A stretch of 64,000 nt of DNA, from IMG/VR virus record IMGVR_UViG_3300010429_001449. One strand, written 5' to 3'. A model generated the notes under the pieces. It had not been told where the DNA came from. It made no database searches and saw only the letters and a program-made list of their open reading frames with translations. Of this stretch, positions 1 through 8,754 are shown in pieces (position 1 is the first letter of the stretch; every line of letters begins with the position of its first letter). The position numbers were made by a program, and so were the translations under genes. The stretch comes from a virus (taxonomy: Duplodnaviria; Caudoviricetes).

Positions 1-427
1 CGTGCTGCTCTCCGAATCGGCCTACCGTGTCGGGGGAACCAACGTCATCGAGAATGAGCAGGTCTATACGCTCGCAGTAACCCCACACGTCGCAACCGTC
101 CTCGATTTCTTTGCCGGTTTCTTTGGCTTCGAGGAGGTCATTTGGACGAATTATGTAGGCGCTGCCGCCGTACCGGAAGACGTGCTTGCCTAGAATCACC
201 GCCGCCGCCGTCTTGCCGGAGAAGCTGGGCCCGCTGATGATGAGGCATCGCCCGTCGTTGATGAAAGAACAGATTTCTTGGCAAAGGCCGGTCAGCACTT
301 TCCCGTAGTTCGCTTCGATCTTGGCGGGATCGGCGTTCCAGAAACGCCGCCCGCAATTCATCGCAATCATGTGGTCAACCGTAACCGGATGATCCCACTT
401 CTCCCAGATTCGGAAACCGTCTGTCAT
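1..427 (-). CDS. DnaC/IstB-like AAA+ helicase loader (partial, runs off window edge; absent from ORF track)
   Basis: Manual translation from ATG 427: MTDGFRIWEKW...CLIISGPSFSGKTAAA (Walker A)...IDLLILDDVGSPD (Walker B). ATGA overlap with the initiator stop. Confidence 0.9.
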   Translation of the reverse strand, partial: MTDGFRIWEKWDHPVTVDHMIAMNCGRRFWNADPAKIEANYGKVLTGLCQEICSFINDGRCLIISGPSFSGKTAAAVILGKHVFRYGGSAYIIRPNDLLEAKETGKEIEDGCDVWGYCERIDLLILDDVGSPDTVGRFGEQH

Positions 428-1626
428 TGTCGACTCCTTCTCAGTTCTTCAAGCATTTGCTCCGCCGTGCGCACGCCCCAGTTGTTGGGTGATGTAAAGT
501 CGAACGCCTCAACAGAGGAACCTAGAACGTCCGCCGCGAGGGTCTCCTTCATCGAGTCCAACATCCATATCGCCGGAAACTTCGCGTTTCTACAAAGCAG
601 GTGCCGGGCGCAAAGAACATCCCAGTAATCAATCAAGTGCTTCGCAAGGGCGACAGCCTTCTTCTCGTCCCCGCCGCAGAAGGTTAGAACATTCTTCAAC
701 TGACTGCGCTGCTTGTGAGTCAATGATGCAGCGACGTAAGCGCCGGGGAACTTCTGATGAAACAACATATTGAACGCATCGCCCAACCGCCGCTCCGCGC
801 AACCTACGCTCTTACGCGGCAACGGAGCAGACGGATTCTCCTCCATCCCTAACAACGCGCCCTTGGCCGCGCTCCCCCTATCCTCTTTCACTCTTTTCCT
901 CAACGCCTCCGCTGCCGTTTGTTTTGCCCTCTCGCCCGCTGTTTTTGTCTCTGAAACACCTTCAACTGGGGGCGTCCGACGCGCAGCGTCGGCGACCCCC
1001 CAGTTCTGATTCTCTCTTGTTGTCGTTGTACTGTTAATGTTCGGCGAGGGGTCTGTTGTCGTAACTGGTTTACCGGCCTCGCTTAATGCCTCGGTTTTTT
1101 CGGAGGATGAGGTCAGGTTTGACCTCATCCCAGGGGGGATCATGTCAGATTTGAGATCACCCATCAGGTCAGGTTTGACCTCATCCCCCCCTCCAGTAGG
1201 GGGGATCAGGTCAGATTTGACCTCATCCCCCTCCGAGGGTGTTTTGAGGTCTTCTTTCGGAGGTCTGTTGTCGCCCCAAGCACGTCTTTCGACCTCGTCG
1301 GTCCAAGCGGCGTCGTATGGGTCTTCCTGCGCGAAGGAGTAGACGTTGCGGCGTCCGGAGGACGTTGCTTCAACGCCTACCACCAACAGCTTCTTCTCGA
1401 CAAGCTCCGCCAGAGTTCTTCTCACCGTGCTGACACTCCAACCCATATCGGATGCGATTGCTTCTTGTGTCTGCCAGCAGCGGCCCCGCCCGTGCAGGCG
1501 GTGCATCATAAACGTGTGTAACCGAGCGGCCTTGTCGGAAAGGTTCGGATCAAGCAGAACCTTCATCGAAGCCAACGCCCAAAACTGCATCACGCCCGCG
1601 CCGGGCGTAGGGACAGCACTAGCCAT
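424..1626 (-). CDS. Phage replication initiator with N-terminal winged HTH (lambda O-like arrangement)
   Basis: LLDPNLSDKAARL...CWQTQEAIASDMGWSVSTVRRTLAELVEKKLL is a typical HTH initiator motif. The gene carries internal iterons and is followed by a DnaC-like gene. SD GGAGG precedes ATG 1626. Confidence 0.85.
   Translation of the reverse strand: MASAVPTPGAGVMQFWALASMKVLLDPNLSDKAARLHTFMMHRLHGRGRCWQTQEAIASDMGWSVSTVRRTLAELVEKKLLVVGVEATSSGRRNVYSFAQEDPYDAAWTDEVERRAWGDNRPPKEDLKTPSEGDEVKSDLIPPTGGGDEVKPDLMGDLKSDMIPPGMRSNLTSSSEKTEALSEAGKPVTTTDPSPNINSTTTTRENQNWGVADAARRTPPVEGVSETKTAGERAKQTAAEALRKRVKEDRGSAAKGALLGMEENPSAPLPRKSVGCAERRLGDAFNMLFHQKFPGAYVAASLTHKQRSQLKNVLTFCGGDEKKAVALAKHLIDYWDVLCARHLLCRNAKFPAIWMLDSMKETLAADVLGSSVEAFDFTSPNNWGVRTAEQMLEELRRSRQ
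1106..1227. repeat. Four 24-bp palindromic iterons (putative replication origin)
   Basis: GATGAGGTCAGGTTTGACCTCATC (1106), GATCATGTCAGATTTGAGATCACC (1138), CATCAGGTCAGGTTTGACCTCATC (1162), GATCAGGTCAGATTTGACCTCATC (1204). Confidence 0.85.
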
Positions 1627-1646
1627 TTCAGCCTCCAACAGCCCCG

Positions 1647-1714
1647 CTGAGCAAAAAATTATGCTTAAAAGGGTGTAAAGTTTCGCACGGTTTTAAGCAT
1701 AATTTTTTGCTCAG
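1647..1714. repeat. Perfect 24-bp AT-rich inverted repeat with 20-nt spacer upstream of the initiator
   Basis: CTGAGCAAAAAATTATGCTTAAAA (1647-1670) / TTTTAAGCATAATTTTTTGCTCAG (1691-1714). Confidence 0.9.
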
Positions 1715-2079
1715 GACTTTCCCGGTCCTTGTTCGGGGCCTGTTTCGTTTTCGATCTCGATGTCTTTGAATCGGTCTGGCGTGTGGTTTGGGCAGACGCC
1801 TACGATTCGAGGGAATAGCGAGCCGGTAGCACTAACGAGCATTACAGACGGTTCGCCGCAGATGAAGCAGAACCGCTTGAACAAATCTTCCGTAAGTGGG
1901 CCTTCGTAAAAGGGGAATGACCCGCCGCGATAGGGGTCTGCGCAGTCATTTCTGCCGCAGCCGGGGCAATCGTTTGGTTGTTTTGCGTAGACGCGGGCGA
2001 GCTTCAGGCACATTGAACACACCCACATAGGGTTATTCTTGAAGTCTGGTACTGGAAGCGAGAAGTATTCGTCGTTCAT
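1711..2079 (-). CDS. Cys-rich putative zinc-binding protein
   Basis: CSMC, CPGC, CFIC and CPNH motifs. Tight packing within the operon. Confidence 0.7.
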   Translation of the reverse strand: MNDEYFSLPVPDFKNNPMWVCSMCLKLARVYAKQPNDCPGCGRNDCADPYRGGSFPFYEGPLTEDLFKRFCFICGEPSVMLVSATGSLFPRIVGVCPNHTPDRFKDIEIENETGPEQGPGKS

Positions 2080-2080
2080 T

Positions 2081-2677
2081 TCAGCCTTTGTAGTCGCGCC
2101 ACAACTCGCCGTTTCGTGTCGCTTCGACGACTCTTACCGCAGCGCGTAAGTCGCGCAGGACGTACTCTTTGCGGATTTCGGGGTGGGGGCGGAAGAAGGA
2201 GGCGGGATGCCACGTAATGATTGCCGGGATGACCAGACTCGGCGTGATGAAGGCGCGAAACACATCGCCGTGCGCCTTATCCAGAGTCCCGTACTTCTTC
2301 CGGCCTACCAAACAGTGTGCGGCAATCGCGCCAAGACACACGATGACTTTCGGTTTGATCGTTTTGAGTTCGCGCATCAGGAACCCGCTGCACGCGCCTA
2401 TCTCGCCCGCCAGCGGAGTTCGGTTGTCTGTTGGTCGGCAGCGACAGACATTCGTGATGTACACATCGCTTCGAGTTATCTTTGCCTTTCGCAGGAACTC
2501 GTCGAGCAGATAACCGGCCTTGCCGACGAACGGTTTTCCTTGTTCCACTTCGTGTTCGCCCGGCGCTTCTCCCACCAGCACTATTTCTGCGGAAGTGTTT
2601 CCGTCACCAGGCACTTTCCTCAGAACTTCGCGGTGGAGCGAGCACCGTTGGCAGGCTTGCAATTCGGTATCAAACAT
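2081..2677 (-). CDS. udg: Uracil-DNA glycosylase family 4 (Fe-S type)
   Basis: CQRCSL, VGEAPG...E...G.PFVG.AG, YITNVCRCRP..NR.P...EI.AC and TWHPA motifs. Confidence 0.92.
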   Translation of the reverse strand: MFDTELQACQRCSLHREVLRKVPGDGNTSAEIVLVGEAPGEHEVEQGKPFVGKAGYLLDEFLRKAKITRSDVYITNVCRCRPTDNRTPLAGEIGACSGFLMRELKTIKPKVIVCLGAIAAHCLVGRKKYGTLDKAHGDVFRAFITPSLVIPAIITWHPASFFRPHPEIRKEYVLRDLRAAVRVVEATRNGELWRDYKG

Positions 2678-2680
2678 GAT

Positions 2681-3121
2681 TCAGTTCGTTAACGGATCGG
2701 TAACAATCCGCGATAAGACCGTGGGTAGTATTTCATCCAGTTGATCGCGGTCGAATGCCACTTCGTGACCAACACAAGGTTCTGGTTCTCGCCGGAGAAT
2801 AGGCCAGAACGACGCCTGCCGCTGTAATCCGCTCTCGATATACATTACGAGCGCGTCGAACTCCTTTTGCGGCGCGTCGGGGTCTGTACACTCTACCGTG
2901 TCCTCAAACACGAAGACCAGCAGCAGTACGCCTTTTTCGCGGCAGAAAGTCCGCAATTGCTCTACGAATTTGTCCTTCGGAAGCATCGGCGGAAACGCCA
3001 TCATATAAGGACTCTCATTGAAGGCGTAGAATTGTGCTGGGGCGCTGCCTTCCTGCATAAACGTATCGAGCAGGGTCTTTTTTACGGCCTCTGCGCAGCG
3101 TTTCATAAGGTTCACGGACAT
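2681..3121 (-). CDS. Hypothetical protein, first gene of the replication operon
   Basis: ORF with SD GGAG before ATG 3121, downstream of the promoter at 3148-3175. Confidence 0.7.
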   Translation of the reverse strand: MSVNLMKRCAEAVKKTLLDTFMQEGSAPAQFYAFNESPYMMAFPPMLPKDKFVEQLRTFCREKGVLLLVFVFEDTVECTDPDAPQKEFDALVMYIESGLQRQASFWPILRREPEPCVGHEVAFDRDQLDEILPTVLSRIVTDPLTN

Positions 3122-3147
3122 CGATTTCTCCCGGCGAAACCTCACTT

Positions 3148-3175
3148 AGTATAATCGCAGGGCGTCAAATGTCAA
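3148..3175 (-). promoter_or_regulatory. Sigma70-like promoter
   Basis: TTGACA-16nt-TATACT on the minus strand. Confidence 0.75.
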
Positions 3176-3178
3176 GGG

Positions 3179-3742
3179 CTACCAACGCAGCCCGATGATA
3201 TGAAAGCCGCAAATCACGCCTCTTTCCTCCATCTCGTAGCCTACGAACGGCCCCATCTCTATACCAAGCAGTGTAGGAAACTCTCGATCCAGTGCTACAA
3301 ATAGTGCTGTCCTGTTCTCGGAGTACGCCAAGCCCGGCGCTAAAGAAAATTTTCCGATTTCTGGAATTTCTACGCGAAAAAACTCGAAAGAGGCTGTTGC
3401 CAGCGCGTCTTGTCGGTGCGTGTACAGCGCCCCGGCGTGCGCTTCCGGAACAACAAGAGAGGCTCCTTCGTCGGAGCCTCTCTCTGTTGCAGGCTCATCC
3501 GCGACCCATCCGGGCGACAGACGCAAGGCAGTCGGAGGCGCGGCATCCTTGCTTGTCTTCTCCCGATGTTCTTGAATGACCCGTTGTTCCTTTGGCGTAA
3601 GCAGATGTACTTTGCGATTGCCGATGCAGCCGCTAAGGAGCAGGGGCAGCAGGGGCAGCAGGAGCATCGCCACCGGCGGGAGCCGCAGGCTCAGCGGGCG
3701 CACTGGGCGTCGTATCCGCTGTAGAGTGTGTAGCTTCATCAT
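3179..3742 (-). CDS. Lipoprotein in lysis cassette (spanin-position protein)
   Basis: Basic N-terminus, hydrophobic stretch and lipobox LLSGC. C-terminal amphipathic beta-strands end in Trp. Overlaps the holin-like gene by 110 nt. Confidence 0.65.
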   Translation of the reverse strand: MMKLHTLQRIRRPVRPLSLRLPPVAMLLLPLLPLLLSGCIGNRKVHLLTPKEQRVIQEHREKTSKDAAPPTALRLSPGWVADEPATERGSDEGASLVVPEAHAGALYTHRQDALATASFEFFRVEIPEIGKFSLAPGLAYSENRTALFVALDREFPTLLGIEMGPFVGYEMEERGVICGFHIIGLRW

Positions 3743-4061
3743 CGGGGGTTCCGTTGTTGTGTGAAACGTCCACCAAGGCCGCTGCGGCGGGCCAGAAGCG
3801 ACGCAGAAGGGCCTTAATGACCTGATCCACCACCGCTATCAATCCGACCGTTGTAGCCCACGACAGAGCCTCTGAGAAGGGAATCTTCTGCCAAGCGGCT
3901 ACCAGACCCACCACGGCTCCGATAGGCAGCTTCGTGATAAGGGTCTTCCACTCGAACTTTTCGAGAGGCGTATTCTTGACGTAGCCGATCAAAACGAGGA
4001 TTACGCCAGACATTACGCCCTGCAACAGACTGAGAAGGAGTTGTTGAGTTTCCGGACTCAT
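3633..4061 (-). CDS. Holin-like small membrane protein
   Basis: About three hydrophobic segments, a GYVKN..EKFEWK motif, and a basic patch followed by a Pro/Ala/acidic tail. ATGA-coupled to the caspase gene. Confidence 0.65.
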   Translation of the reverse strand: MSPETQQLLLSLLQGVMSGVILVLIGYVKNTPLEKFEWKTLITKLPIGAVVGLVAAWQKIPFSEALSWATTVGLIAVVDQVIKALLRRFWPAAAALVDVSHNNGTPDDEATHSTADTTPSAPAEPAAPAGGDAPAAPAAPAP

Positions 4062-4951
4062 GGTCGTGGACCTCCTAGTATTGCGGTTGTTTCCAGACCG
4101 GGCGCGGCCAGCAGAAGCGGGTCTTGCCCGTAGTTAATCTTGAGCGTGTCTGCCGTCTCTTTGACGATCAAGCCTGTCGGCAGCGTGCCGTTGTTGATTT
4201 GCTGGAGCATTATGTAAGAGAAAGCGCCCCGGTAAACGCCGCCCATCTTTGTCTCGGCGGCGGTTTGGTTGTCTTGGCACGCGGCGATGCTGATGACGTT
4301 CTTGCGTTCCTGCCGAAGGGTTGTGCCGAGGCGGTGAATCGGGAGCGTTTTGCCTTCCGCACGCACTTGGATGTCGAACGGCGGGGCCAAGAAACGAGAC
4401 AGGCGTTCCGGTTCTTCTGCGGGCTGACCCGCCGGGTCGTTGCGCGTTAAAGTTCCGGAATGGCAGCAGTCGAAGATCATCCAGGCGAACGCTTCGGGAT
4501 GCAGCTTCTCCAAGCACTCGGCGATTTCGTCGTCCAGAAGGGCGTAATCCCACGACATGTCAACCGGGCAGATACACTCGTCAAGACGGTCTTCCAGTTC
4601 GTCTCCGTCGCGGTCGCGCAGACGAGAGCCGTGCCCAGAGTAAACGAACGCGATCTCGTCGCCCTTCTTAGTGCCCTCGCACAACCAACGCAAGCGAGTA
4701 AGGATGTTTTCCTTCGTTGCCCGCTCGTTGAGCAGCACCCTTGTGTCGTAGTCGAACTTTTTGGTCAGCGTAGACCACCACTCTTTTGAGTCGTTGACAC
4801 ACCCCCGGAGGGCGTTCCCTCCAGGATAGGCGTCAATCCCAACTACAAGCGCCTTTCGCGTTCCTGCAAACCGAAAATCAGGAGGAGCGTCTTTTGCGGA
4901 CTCGGGCGATTTGGCGCGGTTGGTTCCAAACAGTCTGGCGAACAATCCCAT
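4058..4951 (-). CDS. Metacaspase / caspase-like peptidase C14
   Basis: RKALVVGIDAY...LRGCVND, catalytic dyad motifs YSGHG and FDCCHSG, DECICPVD, AACQDNQTA.E, GAFSY, Q.P.L. Confidence 0.93.
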   Translation of the reverse strand: MGLFARLFGTNRAKSPESAKDAPPDFRFAGTRKALVVGIDAYPGGNALRGCVNDSKEWWSTLTKKFDYDTRVLLNERATKENILTRLRWLCEGTKKGDEIAFVYSGHGSRLRDRDGDELEDRLDECICPVDMSWDYALLDDEIAECLEKLHPEAFAWMIFDCCHSGTLTRNDPAGQPAEEPERLSRFLAPPFDIQVRAEGKTLPIHRLGTTLRQERKNVISIAACQDNQTAAETKMGGVYRGAFSYIMLQQINNGTLPTGLIVKETADTLKINYGQDPLLLAAPGLETTAILGGPRP

Positions 4952-5006
4952 TGATCATGATCCTCCACAAACAGTAATGCGGCGGACATCGCCGCGATCT
5001 GCCGAC

Positions 5007-5041
5007 ATTATAGCACAAAACAGCCCAGAAGTGTTGTGCTA
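5007..5041 (-). promoter_or_regulatory. Extended -10 promoter for the caspase/holin/lipoprotein cassette
   Basis: TTGTGCTATAAT (5018-5007), identical to the 12-mer at 34341-34330. Overlaps an 8-bp inverted repeat TAGCACAA/TTGTGCTA. Confidence 0.65.
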
Positions 5042-6757
5042 GTTTAGTCCTGTGATGCGCTCTATGTGAGTAAGCGGATCATCGTAACCATCGCAAAACA
5101 CCACTAGAGGATAGGGCACGGTAATATCAGAGTTAAGATCGCCCGTTTTCTGTAATCCTATTGTGATTCGGCGGTCGGAGAGTATGGTGTCGTTGCCCGC
5201 CGTAATCGGAGCTTCAAACGTGTATGTACGGATAGTTTCTCGGTTGTACGTATTATCGAGTTCTTCCCGGATGGCGTGATTCAAGAAAGCGCGGCCAAAA
5301 CTTCCTTGCGGAACGATTGTCCACGCGCTTCTGAAAATGTTGGACCACAGAACCAGACTTGATCTCGCCGACAACATCGAGCGGAATCGCCCCACTGTAT
5401 GAAAGAAGTCTGAGTTCAGACCAACCACTATCCGCCAAAACGGAGGAATAACAGGGTTTAGGTTGACGGGTACAAGTTTTGACCGCGACGCTCCTAGCGA
5501 AAACGCAAAGTCGGACCACGCAAGATAAGGGTACGGCGTTCCGGGAGGCGGCGTGAGAGCAACGCACGCGCACATCGTGTCCGGCGGGCCTTCTGGAAAC
5601 GTAGACCAATTGCCGAAAGTGGCCTCGTCTATAAGAGAAGGCACGGTTGAACTGGACCAATCGGGATCGCCCGAGTACATGACCTTGGTCCCTACTTGGT
5701 AGAAGGGGCGGATGACGTAGGTGGTTCCTCCATCAATCCGCTTTACGTAAACGCAACCTACGCGCCTGCGGTATGTGTATGTGCCGGGCGGAAGGAACGC
5801 ATCGCCGTTAGCCTTCTTAAGATAGCCGTACAGCGTAGATGTTTCTTGACCCGGAAGCAAGCTGCCGTCGGCCAACAGATAAATCCAGTACCATCCCGTG
5901 GGCGACGACGGGCAATCCTGTCTACCATTAACGCCGATCACGCTCGGATTTATGGTCACAACGTTTGTCGCGTTGAAGATCACACTTCCCGTTCCGTCAA
6001 CGCAGACCGTGCCCGGCATGATTCGGATCAAGTTGTCGCTCGACTCGCCGAACATCGTAACATTGGCCACGGCTCTCTGGATTGCTGTAGCCGTAGAAAC
6101 GGTGTTGATGGTTTTGTACAGCGGGTCAGAAACCTTGTTGATGCCCTGCGGATATACGCCTCTCACGAAAACGGCGTCATCAACACTGAAGTTGATTGTT
6201 TCCGCGCCGGTAGAACGGGCTATGACCGCTCCGAAGACCTGCCCTTCGCCGCCGTCCGTCAAGCTATCACGAATTTCTTTGGTGACGCTCATCAGCTTCC
6301 AGTCGCCGGAAGCGTCTTCCAACCAACGACCGTCGCTCCACGGAGGCGAGTAAGCAACATCGTTGCCGCCCGAGTCGTGGTCCTGCAGCATCAGATGAAC
6401 TTTGCCTTGATCAGCGACGTTTGTAACCTTCACCCACGCGGAGAACGAGGCGTACTCTGTCTGAACTTCTTTCCACTGAGGATCACCCAACACCGTCTTA
6501 AGACCGCCTTGTTGCCCTGCGCCGCCGGTAGTCACGGCAACGTCGGCTACTGTCCCGCTGCTGTATCTGGCTGCTCCGCCGCCGCTGTTCTGTGTGACTA
6601 TTACGCCAGTAGCGGTGCCAGGATAGATAAGCCAATCCACAGGCAGTCCCAACGCCCACGCCTCTACGCCGCCGTTGTTTATGAGCGACTCCGGATAAAC
6701 TTCCCGGATTCTGGCTCCGTAGGCCCGTTCTAGTTTTTGCCAGCTTGCTTTATCCAT
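5039..6757 (-). CDS. Tail fibre / receptor-binding protein with CBM-like N-terminal domain
   Basis: LINNGGVEAW...FSAWVK...VDDAVF jelly-roll signature and a WYWIYL...LPPG.YTYRRRVG fibre motif. Last gene of the tail module. Confidence 0.6.
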   Translation of the reverse strand: MDKASWQKLERAYGARIREVYPESLINNGGVEAWALGLPVDWLIYPGTATGVIVTQNSGGGAARYSSGTVADVAVTTGGAGQQGGLKTVLGDPQWKEVQTEYASFSAWVKVTNVADQGKVHLMLQDHDSGGNDVAYSPPWSDGRWLEDASGDWKLMSVTKEIRDSLTDGGEGQVFGAVIARSTGAETINFSVDDAVFVRGVYPQGINKVSDPLYKTINTVSTATAIQRAVANVTMFGESSDNLIRIMPGTVCVDGTGSVIFNATNVVTINPSVIGVNGRQDCPSSPTGWYWIYLLADGSLLPGQETSTLYGYLKKANGDAFLPPGTYTYRRRVGCVYVKRIDGGTTYVIRPFYQVGTKVMYSGDPDWSSSTVPSLIDEATFGNWSTFPEGPPDTMCACVALTPPPGTPYPYLAWSDFAFSLGASRSKLVPVNLNPVIPPFWRIVVGLNSDFFHTVGRFRSMLSARSSLVLWSNIFRSAWTIVPQGSFGRAFLNHAIREELDNTYNRETIRTYTFEAPITAGNDTILSDRRITIGLQKTGDLNSDITVPYPLVVFCDGYDDPLTHIERITGLN

Positions 6758-6766
6758 CGTTTTTTC

Positions 6767-7501
6767 CTAAACCTGAACGACGCCTGCGCGAGACGACAGG
6801 CTGTCAACTCCCACAATGTCATTCGCCGCGTTAGGTACCAAGCGTATCACAAGGAAGCAGGTCTTTCCACCTTCGTATGTTCCTGTCAACAGGCTGCGAT
6901 CCAGCGTAACCTCGGTTCTCGTCGGAGAGGTCTGAGGCGCTGTTGCCAGCGTCTGTTTGACGCCGGACGTGTCCCACACTTCCTTGATAGACCACGTTGG
7001 AGTGCCGTTGAACGCCCGAGCATAGAAACGGAAGGCCGACCCCGGAGGGGCGGTAGCGGAACTCTTGAACGTCGAGAAGTTGGCGGGAAGATCGAAAGAA
7101 ACGAGCATCTCTACTGGATCGGTGTTCAGGAACTCTACGGCGAGGTAATTGGCAACGTCGGTCTCGTCGAAATGGTTGTAGCGAGAGAAGGACGCGCCGG
7201 GATTGCCTCGGACTTCTACGCGCCCGACAACGTCGGTGTCCTCGATCTCCGTGATTGTGCTGGTGGCCTGCTTCATCGAGACGTAGGCTTGGTATGTTCC
7301 CGAAGTTGTCTCTTGCCCGTCGATGATGACTTGAGCACTTCCTTCGTTGATTTTGGTCTGGAGTTGCGCAGAGGTGTTGATCGTCCGGGACGACATCTTA
7401 TCGGTGATATCCGTATCACTTCCGGCGGGGAAAGTAATGGATGTTCCCCAGTCGTCTATCGTGAACGGACTCGTCGACAGATTTCTAATGACGTTACCCA
7501 T
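6767..7501 (-). CDS. Putative virion structural protein
   Basis: Beta-rich ORF coupled within the tail fibre cluster. Confidence 0.55.
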   Translation of the reverse strand: MGNVIRNLSTSPFTIDDWGTSITFPAGSDTDITDKMSSRTINTSAQLQTKINEGSAQVIIDGQETTSGTYQAYVSMKQATSTITEIEDTDVVGRVEVRGNPGASFSRYNHFDETDVANYLAVEFLNTDPVEMLVSFDLPANFSTFKSSATAPPGSAFRFYARAFNGTPTWSIKEVWDTSGVKQTLATAPQTSPTRTEVTLDRSLLTGTYEGGKTCFLVIRLVPNAANDIVGVDSLSSRAGVVQV

Positions 7502-8751
7502 TAGAGGATGACCGGTCTCCCGATGTTAACCTCAAGGTCTTGTTGAGTGGCCGCGAAGCCCACTCTCTGGAGCCAGACTGTTCCCGGCGGCCAGAAAGGC
7601 GCACCCCACAACAGCGCGGAGAACAGAGCGTCGGTGTAGTAAATCGGCGGGGGCGGAGGCGGCCCCGGAAGATAGACGGCGTTTACGGAAGAAAACTGAA
7701 AGATCATGCCTGGAACAGGGCAGAGGCCGGGGTAAGGCGGCGGGAGTATTCCTGCGGCGTAAACAGCCTCGCCGGGATTCATAGGCGCTGGGCCGCCCGG
7801 TCCCGGAAATTTGTAGTAAAGGTCGCCCGCCCAGTTGGGGTTGGTGATCAGACCCTCGAATTGAACTCGCGTCGGGTTGGGAACGGAGGGGCCTAGGATC
7901 GTATCCAGAGCGAAACCAGCTACGGTACCAACTTGTCCGGCAATTCCTATGTCCGCCTGTACAACTCCGACACCTGACTGCGACACCAGATCATAAGCAA
8001 AGACAGGAGCGGCAGTTGCCAAGCTTACGTAGTCTACGCCCGACTGCGTCGTCGGCATCGCCGGATCGTAAGGAACGTAGGTAGGCCCGTCGTGAAAGCG
8101 TCCGGCGACGCAAATACCCTCGTCAACAAGGAACGTCACTAAAGGACCGCCCGGCGGTTGAATCACGGCGATACCGCAGATAACAGGCTGTGTGGGATCA
8201 GGGGCGGCAGGCGATCCGATTCCTAACAGATAGTCTTCATCGATGAAAGCCCACGCCACAAGCTTTTCCCATGTTCCGCTGCCGCTGTGGGGCTGCCCGT
8301 AGGTTTTGTGCCACGCGCCCAAGCTGTCGTACCACCACACGAACGGTTGAACCACGCCGCCGGAGGTAGTATAGACGTAAGCCGAAAACGTTAGCGGCTT
8401 ACCCACGAACTCCGAAGGATTGCGAACGCCCTGCCAAATACCGAGATCGACATTTGGTACCGCCGACGGCGAGCCGACGACATTTACTTGCGCAGCCACT
8501 ACGCCAGACCGCGCCGTTCCAGAGCTTTGAACCTGTACCAAGTTGACGGTAGGCCCTGCTTCCGTATTCGTATCCAGAACAAACCAGTAGTCTGCGCAAG
8601 ACGGGTTATTGGCGTGCGGCGTCAAAAGCGGTGGGAACGGGCCGGGTCCGGCAAGCCACGTCTCGTATCCGCCGTTAAAAACCAGCGTTTGCGGAAAGAA
8701 ATCCGCCGACATCATCTGGTTCTGGTGAAGTTTGCTTCTGTCAAGAGCCAT
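7501..8751 (-). CDS. Fibre protein: CBM-like domain plus C-terminal cement/beta-clip-like domain
   Basis: LVFNGGYETW...LTFSAYV. The C-terminal VAGFA...FEG...GEAVY...QRVG pattern is shared with the 51-56 kb paralogs. Confidence 0.55.
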   Translation of the reverse strand: MALDRSKLHQNQMMSADFFPQTLVFNGGYETWLAGPGPFPPLLTPHANNPSCADYWFVLDTNTEAGPTVNLVQVQSSGTARSGVVAAQVNVVGSPSAVPNVDLGIWQGVRNPSEFVGKPLTFSAYVYTTSGGVVQPFVWWYDSLGAWHKTYGQPHSGSGTWEKLVAWAFIDEDYLLGIGSPAAPDPTQPVICGIAVIQPPGGPLVTFLVDEGICVAGRFHDGPTYVPYDPAMPTTQSGVDYVSLATAAPVFAYDLVSQSGVGVVQADIGIAGQVGTVAGFALDTILGPSVPNPTRVQFEGLITNPNWAGDLYYKFPGPGGPAPMNPGEAVYAAGILPPPYPGLCPVPGMIFQFSSVNAVYLPGPPPPPPIYYTDALFSALLWGAPFWPPGTVWLQRVGFAATQQDLEVNIGRPVIL

Positions 8752-8754
8752 CTA

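Noticed and set aside
1106-1227. CRISPR-like mini-array
   Set aside because: Gaps between repeats are 0-18 nt, the repeats are in-frame within the initiator gene, and no cas genes are present. Iterons explain it better.
1647-1714. Protelomerase (telRL-type) site
   Set aside because: Such sites are uninterrupted palindromes. This one has a 20-nt asymmetric centre, and no protelomerase is visible in the window.
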